Positions 15,152 through 15,285 of a stretch of 15,285 nucleotides of DNA are shown here, piece by piece. Numbering within the stretch: position 1 is the stretch's first letter; every line of letters starts with the position of its first letter. Location of the stretch: assembly GCA_049967855.1 (NCBI GenBank), contig JBMFRX010000022.1:1-15285 (forward strand), in the 5' to 3' direction. A program made the position numbers and the translations under genes. This DNA is from Caldisericaceae bacterium (GTDB lineage Bacteria; Caldisericota; Caldisericia; Caldisericales; Caldisericaceae). Under the pieces are notes generated by a model. That model did not search any database. It was not told the origin of the DNA and saw only the letters and a list, made by a program, of their open reading frames with translations.

Positions 15152-15285
15152 ATGAAAAAAATTCTAAGTATTTTACTTGCAGTAACAATGGTATTCTCTC
15201 TTGTCGTTGTTGCAAGAGTACCCACTGCAAGCGCAGAAATTGTAGCTGGTAGCTTAAGAGCAAACGCAACTGATACAGGTAAACC
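15152..15285 (+). CDS. Secreted or cell-surface protein, N-terminus only (runs off the window)
   Basis: MKKILSILLAVTMVFSLVVVARVPTASA-EIVAG, a Sec signal peptide with A-S-A cleavage site. RBS AGGAGG at 15134-15139. Not in the ORF track because it is truncated. Confidence 0.8.
   Translation, partial: MKKILSILLAVTMVFSLVVVARVPTASAEIVAGSLRANATDTGK

Overview
Bacterial window with four blocks. (1) 78-2271: a phage-type replication module (lambda O-like initiator with three internal iteron-like repeats and an A/T-rich tract, then a divergent DnaB-family helicase), with no other phage genes downstream. (2) 2527-9717: a gluzincin (M2/M3) peptidase diverging from an operon of SAM methyltransferase, YkoF/MTH1187-like protein, LipS1 and LipS2 (two-subunit lipoyl synthase motifs) and an orphan HD protein resembling the N-terminal part of Csx11/Cas10. 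lipS1 and lipS2 are separated by a RAYT-type HUH transposase gene bracketed by two 38-bp hairpin direct repeats. (3) 9720-14900: an accessory island with a DUF6922-like gene, a GIY-YIG nuclease gene split by a 2.1-kb IS607 element (intact tnpA, broken tnpB), and RelE-type and MazF-type toxin-antitoxin pairs. The modules are separated by clusters of (T/C)GTCA-tagged palindromic repeats that also occur at 2333-2507. (4) 14500-15285: a consensus sigma-54 promoter with three palindromic enhancer-like sites ahead of a long leader and a secreted protein that runs off the window. All family calls come from motif recognition by eye, not database searches.
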